64,000 nucleotides of DNA. It comes from a bacterium. GTDB taxonomy: Bacteria > Zhuqueibacterota > Zhuqueibacteria > Residuimicrobiales > Krinioviventaceae. Positions 53,401-64,000 of this stretch are shown piece after piece; position 1 is the stretch's first letter, and each line of letters begins with the position of its first letter. The translations under genes and the position numbers were made by a program. Location: positions 2,528,001 to 2,592,000 of the forward strand of contig OY843751.1 of assembly GCA_963693055.1 (NCBI GenBank). Direction: 5' to 3'. A model generated the notes under the pieces. That model searched no databases, was not told where the DNA came from, and saw only the letters and a program-made list of their open reading frames with translations.

Positions 53401-54277
53401 AGGAGGGGCAATACTAATCCAGAACAAACAGGCCGTCAATTCCGTGGTCCGTAATTGCGAGTTTTACCAGCGTTATGGGACAAGGGCCAATGGAGAAGCG
53501 ATATCTGCGGAATGGGCGGCCGGTGCGGTTTAATTTCCCGGGTCAGATTATTCTTTTGTTGTTTATGGCTGCAAGTTTGACAACTGGGATTATGCCATTA
53601 ATCATAACGGTTCAGTGCTGCATAGTTACTATGAAAACAATGTGTTCAGTTTTTGTGATTATGGTTTGTATCTTTACGCCAGAAGTTCATCAAATGCCAC
53701 CAATTTTCATCTTGAAAGCAATACCTTTATGGGCTGTGATGATGATGTCTATTATAACAACAGCAGTACAAACATTCTAAACGTTTGGGACAATCAATCA
53801 GAAGGAAAGAGAAACCGGTCTTTTGCGTCTGGTGACAATTTCAATGTGTTATACCAGCATGCCTATGTCAACTTTTATCTCAACTATGGTACCGACACCA
53901 TTACACCATCCCTGACACAGAATACCTGGGCACGCATTGCGGGACATTCTGGCAGTTATAATTATGGTGGATATGTGGAAGGGGATTCGTGTAAGATCGA
54001 CGCTGATGGATTTTACAAACTGGATGCTACTTTTACCTTTACCGGTACGGCATCTGATGTTTATGAATTTGCACCCATGGTAAGCGGTTCGTTGAATATG
54101 AACTGTGCCGTATCCTGTGCAACAAGCGGGACCGATAAAGTCACTGTATCTATGAATGGAATCCTTATTATAGGTGCTGATCAGTGGGTGAGTATGTGGG
54201 TACGGAATACCGGAGACGGTGACAGTCCAACCATTTTACAATCAAACTGGTTATTGACCAAAATACGGGATAATTAA
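50459..54277 (+). pseudogene. Tail fibre/spike-like protein with signal peptide, VTxxKIxD repeats and two beta-helix-like domains; two in-frame TAA stops
   Basis: ORFs 50459..53041, 53081..53533 and 53615..54277 share one frame; internal duplication LFIEPHDDIQ..LLLSPG / M*LEPADDIE..ILMAPG. Confidence 0.75.
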
Positions 54278-54452
54278 ACAGGACAGAAAGGAACCCACCC
54301 AAACCCAACACCTGTCCTACCGGCTCCTGTCCATGGCAGGGGCTATTTAAAATAAAAATAAATTTTTTGAATGTGAATTTTCTATGGGCTTATTTTGGGC
54401 TTTTTGGTGTTATATTGTGCTATATTTTGGTGTTTTAGGGGTATTTTAGCAA

Positions 54453-54481
54453 CAAAAAAGCCCCTGAATTTTCAGGGGCTA
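54453..54481 (-). terminator. Terminator downstream of the tRNA, supplied by the island
   Basis: aaaaaagcccctgaattttcaggggct hairpin. Confidence 0.75.
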
Positions 54482-54508
54482 GTTCTTGTTTTTTAAGGCT
54501 TTAAGTAG

Positions 54509-54582
<74 letters not shown>

Positions 54583-54637
54583 TCATAGTTAAATAATATA
54601 GTAAATTAGATTACAAGAGTCAAGCTATTTATTAAAT

Positions 54638-54668
54638 AAAAAAAGCCCTGCAAGTAGTTACAGGGCTT
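54638..54668 (-). terminator. Intrinsic terminator
   Basis: aaaaaagccctg...cagggctt hairpin after the oxidoreductase gene. Confidence 0.65.
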
Positions 54669-54676
54669 AAATTTTA

Positions 54677-56002
54677 TTATTTTTTGTCAGATCCCGGAGT
54701 TGGCCATTTTTCCAACATACCAATATCACCTAGTTTATATTCTTTGGGTCCCAATGTGAGATCAGAATTCATTGCTTCTTCCCAGGTAACCAGTTTACCT
54801 GTATATGCTGACATTCTTCCCATAATAGCACACATTGTAGAAATTGCTGTCAATTCTGCTTCAACAAGAGGGGTATTGTTACGAATTGATGTAACAAAAT
54901 CAATATGCTCCTGAATATATGGAGATACCGCTACATTGTTTGTAGGTTCACCATTTTCATCTGTTGGGTAGCCATATTTCCAGGCTTCTTCACCATCCGG
55001 TGTCCAAATTGTATCTTTGCAATTTGAAGAACCTTTTGAACCCATAATAAATTCTGATACATTGTTTTCACATCCATTAATCTGACGACACATGCTATGA
55101 ACATGCATTCCGCTTTCATATACAAAGTCTACACTAAACATGTCATATTGATCACCAGTAACACGACGATGACGAGCGCCAAAGCCAACTGCGCTAACTG
55201 GTTTTTCACCTGTAAACCAGTTGATTACATCAATATTATGTACATGTTGTTCAACAATATGATCTCCAGAGAGCCAGCACCAGTTTACCCAATCGCGAAT
55301 ATTGTGTTCCATTTCGGTCCAACCACTTTTGCGAGTACGATACCACAATTGTCCCTGATTCCAGTAGCAGTTTGCAGAAACTATATCACCAATTGCTCCT
55401 TTTTTAATCAGATCGTAAGTGGTTACATAATTTCGTTGGTGGTGTCTCTGAGTACCTGTTACAACGCAAAGGCCCAGACTTGCTGCTTTTTTTGCATTAC
55501 TCATAATTGAGCGGGCACCCGGAGGATCTACAGCAACAGGTTTTTCCATGAATACATGTTTTTTTGCATTTACTGCGGCAGCAAATTGTGACGGACGAAA
55601 GTGTGGGGGAGTAGCGATTAATACAATATCTACACCTGAATCAATCACTTTTTCATAAGCATCAAAGCCAACAAAACATTTTTCATCTGCAACAACATTA
55701 TTTTTTTCTTTTGCCAATTTTTCCTTGCAGGTTTGGAGTCTGTCATTAAAAACATCACCCAGTGCTACAATTTTTAAATTGGGTCCTGCACTTAGAAAAT
55801 TCAATGCAGCACCGGTACCTCGACCACCACATCCAATTAAACCTGCTTTTAATTCTTTACCATCGGGTGCCTGATCAAGAAAAGTGGGAAGGTTTGAAGT
55901 ATTGATTTTGCCACCACTATTACACGCCATCATTACAGCGCCGGCAGCTGCAACTGTACCAATAAAATTACGACGTGATACATTACTTTTTTCTTGTTGC
56001 AT
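54677..56002 (-). CDS. Tat-exported Gfo/Idh/MocA oxidoreductase
   Basis: SRRNFI Tat motif; GLIGCGGRG, ATPPHFR, MEKPVA, VEQHVHNID. Confidence 0.92.
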   Translation of the reverse strand: MQQEKSNVSRRNFIGTVAAAGAVMMACNSGGKINTSNLPTFLDQAPDGKELKAGLIGCGGRGTGAALNFLSAGPNLKIVALGDVFNDRLQTCKEKLAKEKNNVVADEKCFVGFDAYEKVIDSGVDIVLIATPPHFRPSQFAAAVNAKKHVFMEKPVAVDPPGARSIMSNAKKAASLGLCVVTGTQRHHQRNYVTTYDLIKKGAIGDIVSANCYWNQGQLWYRTRKSGWTEMEHNIRDWVNWCWLSGDHIVEQHVHNIDVINWFTGEKPVSAVGFGARHRRVTGDQYDMFSVDFVYESGMHVHSMCRQINGCENNVSEFIMGSKGSSNCKDTIWTPDGEEAWKYGYPTDENGEPTNNVAVSPYIQEHIDFVTSIRNNTPLVEAELTAISTMCAIMGRMSAYTGKLVTWEEAMNSDLTLGPKEYKLGDIGMLEKWPTPGSDKK

Positions 56003-56028
56003 GGTCCTACTCCTCCGAATTAATTATG

Positions 56029-57639
56029 TTATAAATTTTCATCATTCACTTCACAAACTACGCGAAAACCCACATCATTACTATCAGAATACCACCATTT
56101 GCTTTTTGGCATTTGTGGGTCTGTCTTCATCCATTTATCATATTGTGTAAAATCTCTGTCAGCACTTCGCAATTGTGATGCATCATTCTTGAATGATCCA
56201 CCACGAACTACAAATTCTTTACCAGATTCTGGTCCTGTAGGATTTGATATATTCCCTTGCTTTTTATAAGTAGAATATATATTGGGTGCATAATAGTCAC
56301 TACAAAATTCTCTAACATTACCCAACATATGAACCAGACCAAATGGATTATTGATAACAGCATCTGGTGTTTGTGTTATGCCATTGCTGTTTTCTTTATA
56401 TACAACATATGTATTAATAAGCGTTGTGTCAACACCAAAGATTCTGTTCCAGAAATTTTCACTGGAATATGACTTGGGATCACCACCCCAAAAGTAGGGT
56501 GTTTCTGAAAATCCTCTACAAGCATATTCCCATTCGGCTTCGGTAGGAAGACGATAGGTTTTGCCAGTTACTTCAGATAACCACTGACAATATACTTCAG
56601 CTGCGTAATGTGTCATTGTAATGGCTGGTCGTTTACCTTTTCCAAAACCTTGATCAGGATTTCCATAGGGGGGAGTGGGGCCCGTAATAGCATCTAGTCC
56701 ATCGCTTGAGGCTTTTACCACTTGAATTTGTGTGTCAGATCTTCCTTCTTTATTGGTTTGAGCATAAAATGCTTCATATTCGTCCCAGCTTACTTCGGCT
56801 TTACCTATCCAGAATTTTTTCATCTGTATTTCTACCCGCGGCCCTTCATCATTTTCTCGATAGGCTTCATTTTCAGGGCTGCCCATAATAAAGCTACCTT
56901 CTGGAATTGCAATCATTTCAAAATCTACAGTTGTATTGGGTATTTGTTCTGTAAAACTCCCGAATTCGTATACATATGTTGGTTTAGTGTAAACTTGTTT
57001 TTTTTCAACAGTAGCGGCACCAAAAGTAATTTCCTGTTCTGCTTCTTCCGAATAATGTCCTACATGTAAATGGCAATTGATACATTCCAGCTCTTCAGGT
57101 TTTTGAGTGTAATACAAGTGTGCATCTTCACCTTTTTTAGATAGGCCAATTGGAAACAAATTGGCATGACAAGAAGTACAAGACTCTTTAAAAGTAAAAT
57201 TGACCGCATGTTCCAGGCGCGATTTTTCATCCCAGTTGATTTTTTCTATGTCTTTGAACAATTTACCATAAAAATCCTTAAAACCAGATTTTGCTTTTTC
57301 AGTATAATAATATGCATTACCTGCAGGGGGTAGGTGACATTCAACACAATGTACAACAATTCCGTACTTGTTGTCGAAATGTGGTGATTGTTTCCAGGAA
57401 ATTGTAGAATGTGGGTGAACGTGACAGCTTGCACAAAAATCATCTGATGATGTATATTTTATCATTACATTAAACATTATGGTAATAACAATACCTATAA
57501 TAATACCAATTGGCCATTTTTTGATTAAAATAAATTTAAACAAAGAATATATTGCTTTTAACGATTTCCATAGTAGTTGGAAGGATTTTTTTAACATTCT
57601 GATGATTCCTGTGTAGTGTATGTAATCTTTTACAAGCAA
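56029..57639 (-). CDS. NapC/NirT-type tetraheme cytochrome c fused to an FGE/SUMF1 domain
   Basis: TM anchor; CASCH, CVECH, CTSCH, CINCH; RLPTEAEWEYA, NPFGLVHMLGNV, RGGSF, GFRVV. Confidence 0.9.
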   Translation of the reverse strand: MLVKDYIHYTGIIRMLKKSFQLLWKSLKAIYSLFKFILIKKWPIGIIIGIVITIMFNVMIKYTSSDDFCASCHVHPHSTISWKQSPHFDNKYGIVVHCVECHLPPAGNAYYYTEKAKSGFKDFYGKLFKDIEKINWDEKSRLEHAVNFTFKESCTSCHANLFPIGLSKKGEDAHLYYTQKPEELECINCHLHVGHYSEEAEQEITFGAATVEKKQVYTKPTYVYEFGSFTEQIPNTTVDFEMIAIPEGSFIMGSPENEAYRENDEGPRVEIQMKKFWIGKAEVSWDEYEAFYAQTNKEGRSDTQIQVVKASSDGLDAITGPTPPYGNPDQGFGKGKRPAITMTHYAAEVYCQWLSEVTGKTYRLPTEAEWEYACRGFSETPYFWGGDPKSYSSENFWNRIFGVDTTLINTYVVYKENSNGITQTPDAVINNPFGLVHMLGNVREFCSDYYAPNIYSTYKKQGNISNPTGPESGKEFVVRGGSFKNDASQLRSADRDFTQYDKWMKTDPQMPKSKWWYSDSNDVGFRVVCEVNDENL

Positions 57640-57821
57640 TTTTTTGTGGATTAGAGGATATACTTAAATATATTACTTTTCAGGATTTTATGCAAGGTAA
57701 TTTCAGCGATTTATCGTAAATATCAATCGTGATTTCATTTTGTTAATACCATCTTTTTTCTTGATTTTAAACTATATAGAACTTAATTTAATAAATCATT
57801 TACAACAATGAGGAAGTTATA

Positions 57822-58526
57822 ATGCAAAGCAGAGCCCGTATGCCCCAAAAACAATTAAAGAAACCCTCAAAAAAGTTTTCTTTGATTCCTTTTTTAATAT
57901 TATTTGTTGTACTTTTGGTTATTATTTTGGTATACTGGCATTTTAAAGCCCGAAGTTCAAATTTAGATTCTTTTACAGTTGTTGAGCAAAACACAAGTAA
58001 CATAACTTATGAAGAACAAGAAAATCTACAAGCAATGCAGGATTCTGTTATTGAAACGCCTGTAGAAGAGCCCCTTGTTACGGAAACTGAGCTTGTAGCA
58101 GAACCAGAGCAAGATATTAAAGAGACACCTGAAATTCAACAATCGAATGAGTATACCGCCAACTTTTCAGATAAATATGATAGTGCGTTAAAATTGTTTT
58201 ATGCTACCAAATACCAGCAAGCTATGGATATATTTTTGGAGTTAAAGTCTCAATATCCTGAACATTCATTTCAGGTGAATTGTCAACATTGGATTGGTGA
58301 ATGTTATTTTGGGTTAGAAAATTATACCAATGCCCTGGCTGCATTTCAAAAGGTTTTAACTTTTGGGAAAACATATAAAACTGATGATGCGTTGCTTATG
58401 ATTGGGCGCAGTTATCAAAAAATGGGTGATAAAATTAACGCACGTTTGTATTATAATCGCCTACTTAATGAATATCCAAATAGTGAGTATCTTGATAAAG
58501 CCCAATGGCACATGTCCCGTCTTTAA
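57822..58526 (+). CDS. Membrane-anchored TPR protein (YbgF/CpoB-like)
   Basis: N-terminal TM; YPEH...HWIGECYF, DALLMIG, EYPNSEY. Confidence 0.75.
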   Translation: MQSRARMPQKQLKKPSKKFSLIPFLILFVVLLVIILVYWHFKARSSNLDSFTVVEQNTSNITYEEQENLQAMQDSVIETPVEEPLVTETELVAEPEQDIKETPEIQQSNEYTANFSDKYDSALKLFYATKYQQAMDIFLELKSQYPEHSFQVNCQHWIGECYFGLENYTNALAAFQKVLTFGKTYKTDDALLMIGRSYQKMGDKINARLYYNRLLNEYPNSEYLDKAQWHMSRL

Positions 58527-61165
58527 CGGGCATCAAGAGCTTGTCTGATAATTTGTGCAATACTACTCATAGTTAGAGGTTTAAAGACAAATTCTGTAAT
58601 ACCCAACTCTTTAGCTTTTTCCATAGTAATGTTTTCACTGTATCCCGTACAGAGAATGACCGGAATTCCTGGCTTTATTTGACTTACTTCTTGGGCTAGT
58701 TTTACTCCATTCATTTTAGGCATTGTAAAATCTGTAAAAACAAGATCATAACTTTCAGGATCAGCTTTGAAAAATTCAAGAGCTTCAAGACTGTCAGTTG
58801 TGACAGTTGCATTATAACCCAATTGTTCAAGAATTTGTTTGTTTAGCTCTACAATTTCAACTTCATCATCCACAAACAGGATTCTTTCACTTCCTACAGG
58901 TAAATCTTTACTTTGTTCTTTAATTTCTTCTGAATCAATATGAACAGGAAAGTAGATGTTGAATGTCGTACCATGTCCTGGTGAACTTTCTACATTAATT
59001 TCACCATCATGACTAATAATAATACCGTGTACAACTGATAAACCCAAACCAGTACCTTCTTCGTTTTTAGTCGTAAAGAATGGTTCAAAAATTCGATCAA
59101 GTGTAGAAGCTTCCATACCCTCACCTGTATCTTGTACAACCAGTTTCGCATAATGTCCTGATGGTAATTTAAAATTGGGAGAAGATTGGTCCATTTCTAC
59201 CACATTCAATGAGATTATTAGCGTACCTCCACTTTCACGCATTGCATGAAAAGCATTAACACTCAGATTCATGATGACCTGGTGAATTTGTGTGGGATCC
59301 GCTAATACTGGTTTACAATTACTATCTATTCTCTGGTCAATTTCAATACTGCTGGGAATTGATGCACGTAAAAGTTTTAATACTTCTTTGATTATTGTTT
59401 GAATATAAATGGGACGTCTTTCTTGTTCAACTCTGCGACTAAATGTTAAAATTTGATTTATCAAGTCTTTGGCACGATACCCGGCTTTTATAATATGTTC
59501 AACGTATTTCTTCAAGTTGCTGTCTTCCGGAACTCGTTCTACTAACAATTCAGAATAGCCCAGAATGGGTACCAGAATATTGTTAAAATCATGCGCAATA
59601 CCACCAGCCAAAGTTCCTATAGTTTCTAATTTTTGTGTTTGTCGAAGTTGTTTTTCGAGTTTCTTTTCATCAGAAACATCTCTTACAACATTTACAAAAT
59701 GAAGGAGGTTACCATTTTTATCAGTTATTGGAGAAAAAGTAGATTCTCCTTCAAAGAGCTCGTTGTTCTTTTTCTTGTAATATAGTATACCACTCCACTT
59801 GTTGCCTTCTTTGATTGTCGTCCATATTTTATCAATTTTATTATTATTTTCTTTAATACTTAGAAAATCAAATGAAGAATTACCTAATGCCAGTTTCTGT
59901 TCAAAGCCAGTAATCTTTTCAAAAGCGGGATTAACATATTTTACAATATTATTTTGATCTGCAATCATTACAATTTCAATTGAATGATTGATTGCTTCTG
60001 CCAACAGTTCAAGTTCTGCCTCTGATTCTTTTTTCTTGGTGATATCGGTGATAAGCACCAGAACATTTGTAATTTTGTCATCATCACTTTTGACAGGATA
60101 AATTCTTGTTTCAAACCAATAAAGCATGTTTTGTATTTCAACAGGTGTTTCATGAAAGATTTCTTTTTTCGTATCTATGACTTGATGGATCATTTCAAGA
60201 TATTGCAGAGCGATCTTTTCAGGAATAATGTCGAGAATAGATTTTCCAATGATATCGTATTGATCCATTTGTATTTGTTTTGCTGCATTCTGATTTATTA
60301 AATTTATTGTACCTTTGTAATCAATCATGCAAATGGGTTGCCCCGAACCTTCGATTAAGGTCCTATATCGTTCTTCACTAATACGTAGAGCATTTTCAAT
60401 CTTTTTTTGTTCTGATATATCGTTGGTTATAATTCCCATGCCATTTGATACTTTGAAAGCTTTTAACGATATATATTGGTCTTCTGAATTGGATCTTTTA
60501 AACTTGACTTCCGATTGGTAGGGTTCTCCGGTCTCAATTACTTTTTTATATTGCTCAAATCTTCCTGATTCAATAATACCCTTTGATATTTCAGTGATAT
60601 GTTTACCAATTATATTTTCTATATTCGGGCTGTAAAATTTATGAGCAGTATCATTATAACTTTTCAGGTTCATATTGTTGTCAAAAAACGAGAAACCTGC
60701 TCCTGCTGAATCCATAAAACCTTTGAAAATTTCTTCAAATTCTTTCAGGTCTTTTTCAGCTTCAATCTTTTTCATTAATTCTGATTTTTCATTCAATGCA
60801 CGCACCACGACAGGAACAAGGCGAAATAAGCGATCTTTTACAACATAATCCCAGGCACCGGCTTTGATTGTTTCGGCGGCTGTTTCTTCATCAATTGCGC
60901 CTGTTACGACAATGAATGGTGTAAGAGGTGCATATCTTTTAGCAATTTCCAGTGCTGCAAGACCGTTAAATTGGGGAAGGTGATAATCGGCTAGGATGAG
61001 ATCGGGTTTTTCATTAACAAGTTTTTCAGTAAAAGAATCTTCAGTATTTGATGTGAAAAACTCGCAGATCAGTTCAGAGTTCTTTAGTTCATGTTTTGTT
61101 AGTTCAATGTCATAAAGATTATCTTCAAGAATTAGAATTCTCAAAGTTCTATTTTCCATATTCAA
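58523..61165 (-). CDS. Hybrid PAS sensor histidine kinase with two receiver domains
   Basis: N-terminal REC, PAS domains, AGGIAHDFNN, FFTTK, GTGLGL, C-terminal REC. Confidence 0.93.
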   Translation of the reverse strand: MNMENRTLRILILEDNLYDIELTKHELKNSELICEFFTSNTEDSFTEKLVNEKPDLILADYHLPQFNGLAALEIAKRYAPLTPFIVVTGAIDEETAAETIKAGAWDYVVKDRLFRLVPVVVRALNEKSELMKKIEAEKDLKEFEEIFKGFMDSAGAGFSFFDNNMNLKSYNDTAHKFYSPNIENIIGKHITEISKGIIESGRFEQYKKVIETGEPYQSEVKFKRSNSEDQYISLKAFKVSNGMGIITNDISEQKKIENALRISEERYRTLIEGSGQPICMIDYKGTINLINQNAAKQIQMDQYDIIGKSILDIIPEKIALQYLEMIHQVIDTKKEIFHETPVEIQNMLYWFETRIYPVKSDDDKITNVLVLITDITKKKESEAELELLAEAINHSIEIVMIADQNNIVKYVNPAFEKITGFEQKLALGNSSFDFLSIKENNNKIDKIWTTIKEGNKWSGILYYKKKNNELFEGESTFSPITDKNGNLLHFVNVVRDVSDEKKLEKQLRQTQKLETIGTLAGGIAHDFNNILVPILGYSELLVERVPEDSNLKKYVEHIIKAGYRAKDLINQILTFSRRVEQERRPIYIQTIIKEVLKLLRASIPSSIEIDQRIDSNCKPVLADPTQIHQVIMNLSVNAFHAMRESGGTLIISLNVVEMDQSSPNFKLPSGHYAKLVVQDTGEGMEASTLDRIFEPFFTTKNEEGTGLGLSVVHGIIISHDGEINVESSPGHGTTFNIYFPVHIDSEEIKEQSKDLPVGSERILFVDDEVEIVELNKQILEQLGYNATVTTDSLEALEFFKADPESYDLVFTDFTMPKMNGVKLAQEVSQIKPGIPVILCTGYSENITMEKAKELGITEFVFKPLTMSSIAQIIRQALDAR

Positions 61166-61219
61166 TTGATTACCCCTTTACTGATTTTTATTTATACTAC
61201 TTGAATTATTTTTACTCAT

Positions 61220-63193
61220 TTACTCCAGAGTAAAATAAAATGTTGAACCAACATTTTTTTTAGATTCAACCCAAATTTTTCCACCATGTCTGGATACAAT
61301 TCTTTTAACTATAGCGAGTCCTACTCCTGTTCCTGTAAATTCATCATTTCTGTGTAATCTTTTAAATACATCAAATACATTATCTGCATAATGCATATCA
61401 AAACCTACACCATTATCCTTAACAAAAAATATACCATCATTTTCGATTATACCTATTTCAATCAAAGGATTTTCAGTTTTGCTTGAATATTTTATAGAGT
61501 TTTCCAAAAGATTCATATATATCTGTTTCACAAGCGAGGCATCTGCCCTAATGTTTTTATTTAGAGCAGAATCTATATTGATTTGTAATTTTGATTTTTG
61601 AATATCAATATTTAATGTTTCAAAAACTTCATCGATAACTGTTCTAATATTTAAATTTTGTTTTTGTAATGGCTTTCTGTTCATTCTTGAAAAATTCAAT
61701 AGATCATTTATAAGTTCACCCATATATTTAGAGTTGTCGTGAACTATTGAAAGGTGTCTTTTACCGTCGTTTGAAAGGTTCTCTAGCTCATCCTCTAATA
61801 AAATTTTTGTAAAACCATGAATTGATCGAAGTGGTGCTCTAAGATCGTGTGAAATAGAATATGAAAAAGCTTCAAGCTCTTGATTTGCAAATTCAAGTTG
61901 ATCAGTGTATTTTTTTATTTTCTCTTCACTTTTTATGCGTTCTGTAATATCTCTATACACAACGCCAGCAAGATTAATTTCATTGTTTGCATTTATTATG
62001 GGTAAGAAAATGGATTCTAAATATTTCTCACTATCCTTAATTAAAACTTTATCTATTACCTGTATTGTTACCGGGTTGTTGAATGTATTAGATAGTCTAT
62101 GTGAAAACAAATTTGCCAGTTCTGGTAAATGATTCAAAGCGGTTTCTAATTTTTTATTGAGAAAATCATTCTTGTTAATTTCAGTGTGTTTGATAAATAC
62201 CTGGTTAGCAAAAACAAACTCTTTGTTGCGGTTCCATACTGCAATACTATCCAATGTCGAGTTGAACATTGCTCTAAATCTTTCTTCACTTTCTCTCAAC
62301 TCTATTTCAATTTGTTTTCTTTCGGAGATTTCTTTTTCCAGAGCTTTATTTATTTTATCCAGCTGTTCTGTTCTTTTAATAACCCGTTGTTCCAGTTCCT
62401 GGTTAAGCTTTAATATTTCCTGCTCATTTATTTTTCTTTCAGATACATCCTGAAAAACCAATTGGAATGCTGGTTTGCCTTTATATTCAATATAATTTTG
62501 TTTTGCTTCAACATATATTAATGAATTATCTTTTTTGATGAGCTTAAATTCGTTTATATCAATGCTGTTATTAGGATTTAAAAAAGACTCTAAAGAATCC
62601 TGATGTATTATTGATTCAATGGAATTACCTATAAAATCTTTGGCAAAAGACCCGGCCAGAGCATTTATAGCTGCAAGATTAAGAAACAATATACTTTCTT
62701 TGTCATAAACCAAAATTGGAATAGGGGAGAGTTGAAATAATGACCGGTAACGTATCTCACTTTCCTGAACAGCATCTTCTGCTTGAGATTTTGCAACATC
62801 ATGAATTTCTATTACTTCTAAAAATTGATTGAATGCCTGGTAAAGCTCGTTAACCTCTTTGTTAAATTGGGAATTCAAACGAATGTGATAATTTCTTGTT
62901 TTTGATATTTCTGATGTTGCATTTGTGAGTTGTTTGATGGGTGAAAATATACTTTTTTTGAGATAAAAGATAATTAGCAGGGAGGTGAGTACTATGAAAA
63001 GATCAAGTATCCATAGAAAATTTAGATTATTAAAATTTGCCTGGTTAACAACTAGTGTTAATTGTTCTTGATGAGAATGACTTTTCAGTAATAATAAGAT
63101 TAGAACGGCCGAAATAATACCAGCGAGTAAAACACTTGCAAGTAAGAGTGATATGATTTTTTTTGATAATTGTACTTTCAAACATTTTTCCAA
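61220..63193 (-). CDS. HAMP/PAS sensor histidine kinase
   Basis: 2 TM, HAMP, PAS, SISHDLRAPLR, DNGVGF, GTGVGL. Confidence 0.93.
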   Translation of the reverse strand: MEKCLKVQLSKKIISLLLASVLLAGIISAVLILLLLKSHSHQEQLTLVVNQANFNNLNFLWILDLFIVLTSLLIIFYLKKSIFSPIKQLTNATSEISKTRNYHIRLNSQFNKEVNELYQAFNQFLEVIEIHDVAKSQAEDAVQESEIRYRSLFQLSPIPILVYDKESILFLNLAAINALAGSFAKDFIGNSIESIIHQDSLESFLNPNNSIDINEFKLIKKDNSLIYVEAKQNYIEYKGKPAFQLVFQDVSERKINEQEILKLNQELEQRVIKRTEQLDKINKALEKEISERKQIEIELRESEERFRAMFNSTLDSIAVWNRNKEFVFANQVFIKHTEINKNDFLNKKLETALNHLPELANLFSHRLSNTFNNPVTIQVIDKVLIKDSEKYLESIFLPIINANNEINLAGVVYRDITERIKSEEKIKKYTDQLEFANQELEAFSYSISHDLRAPLRSIHGFTKILLEDELENLSNDGKRHLSIVHDNSKYMGELINDLLNFSRMNRKPLQKQNLNIRTVIDEVFETLNIDIQKSKLQINIDSALNKNIRADASLVKQIYMNLLENSIKYSSKTENPLIEIGIIENDGIFFVKDNGVGFDMHYADNVFDVFKRLHRNDEFTGTGVGLAIVKRIVSRHGGKIWVESKKNVGSTFYFTLE

Positions 63194-63509
63194 AAGTTAG
63201 TGTTTTATAGAAAATCAATAGGGTCAGGCTTTTATTACTAATGTTTTGGAAAAGAATCAGCTGTTTCAAAAATATATTTATTTCCCTAAATCCTTGGCTT
63301 TATATAAATTAGAGAATATTTTTTACAAATCAAGAGAAAAAATAATTTTAATCCTTTTAATCATAAAATTCTATATGAATTGTGTAGAATTTGTCACTTG
63401 ATTAATACTGAATTTTTATTTACTTTAACTATTAATTTTGTGTTGTGAGTTTTCTTTCACCAATTTCATAATATGTTTTTCAACTTGATAACACCAAAAG
63501 GAGCGTTGG

Positions 63510-64000
63510 ATGAGTTTTGCATGGCCTGATTATCTGGTTTTTATAAGCTATATAATCATCATTGTGAGTCTTGGTCTTTGGGTTTCCAGGAGTAAAAAAG
63601 GTCACCAAAAGAATGCACAGGATTATTTTTTAGCAAGTAAATCTTTGCCCTGGTGGGCAATTGGAACATCTCTGATTGCAGCAAATATTTCTGCTGAACA
63701 GTTTATTGGAATGTCTGGTTCTGGTTTTGCAATAGGTTTAGCAATTGCCACTTATGAATGGATGGCTGCTCTTACTTTGATTATTGTTGGTAAATTCTTT
63801 TTACCTATCTTTATTGAAAAGAAATTATATACCATTCCAGAATTTATAGAACAACGCTTCAATACCACTTTAAAATCTATTCTTGCTGTTTTTTGGATTG
63901 CGTTATTTGTGTTTGTTAATTTAACTTCTGTTTTGTTTTTAGGTGGTAAAGCTCTTGATACTATTATTGGTACAGGTGATGGCAGCCTGATTGTTTACGC
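63510..64000 (+). CDS. Sodium/sugar symporter (SSS family), partial
   Basis: GGAG RBS; DYFLASKSLPWWAIGTSLIAANISAEQFIGMSGSG; runs off the window. Confidence 0.9.
   Translation, partial: MSFAWPDYLVFISYIIIIVSLGLWVSRSKKGHQKNAQDYFLASKSLPWWAIGTSLIAANISAEQFIGMSGSGFAIGLAIATYEWMAALTLIIVGKFFLPIFIEKKLYTIPEFIEQRFNTTLKSILAVFWIALFVFVNLTSVLFLGGKALDTIIGTGDGSLIVY

Noticed and set aside
38259-54277. Alternative genetic code or stop readthrough in phage genes (TAG 39941; TAA 48774, 53039, 53531)
   Set aside because: Mixed stop types, a true frameshift and deletions also occur, and TAA ends normal genes in the same region; decay is simpler
50459-54277. Diversity-generating retroelement acting on the fibre gene
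   Set aside because: No reverse transcriptase and no TR/VR pair seen

Overview
AT-rich bacterial chromosome. The TonB receptor / T9SS-CTD protein / PorV block suggests an FCB-group host such as KSB1 or Calditrichota (inference). The flanks hold ordinary genes (putP, GH2, glycosyltransferases, sensor kinases) and two recent IS insertions with intact target-site duplications. The centre (24127-54550) is a ~30.4 kb element integrated at tRNA-fMet, bounded by a 45-bp direct repeat and carrying a tyrosine integrase. It looks like a decayed podovirus-like prophage rebuilt as a defence island. It carries (i) a reduced type III-A CRISPR-Cas system: HD-less Cas10 with GGDD, Csm2/3/4 and Cas6, no csm5/cas1/cas2, followed by an Mrr-like nuclease gene and a CARF + NDT/TIR-like glycosidase fusion, which is the best candidate for an undescribed effector; (ii) two CRISPR arrays plus two solo repeats fused precisely to truncated genes; (iii) a five-cassette integron array with an intI remnant, lying among broken virion genes. 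Several spacers translate into recognisable motifs (tail-fibre repeats, transposase, T9SS CTD, RRM RNP-1). All calls come from motif reading by eye; no database searches were run.
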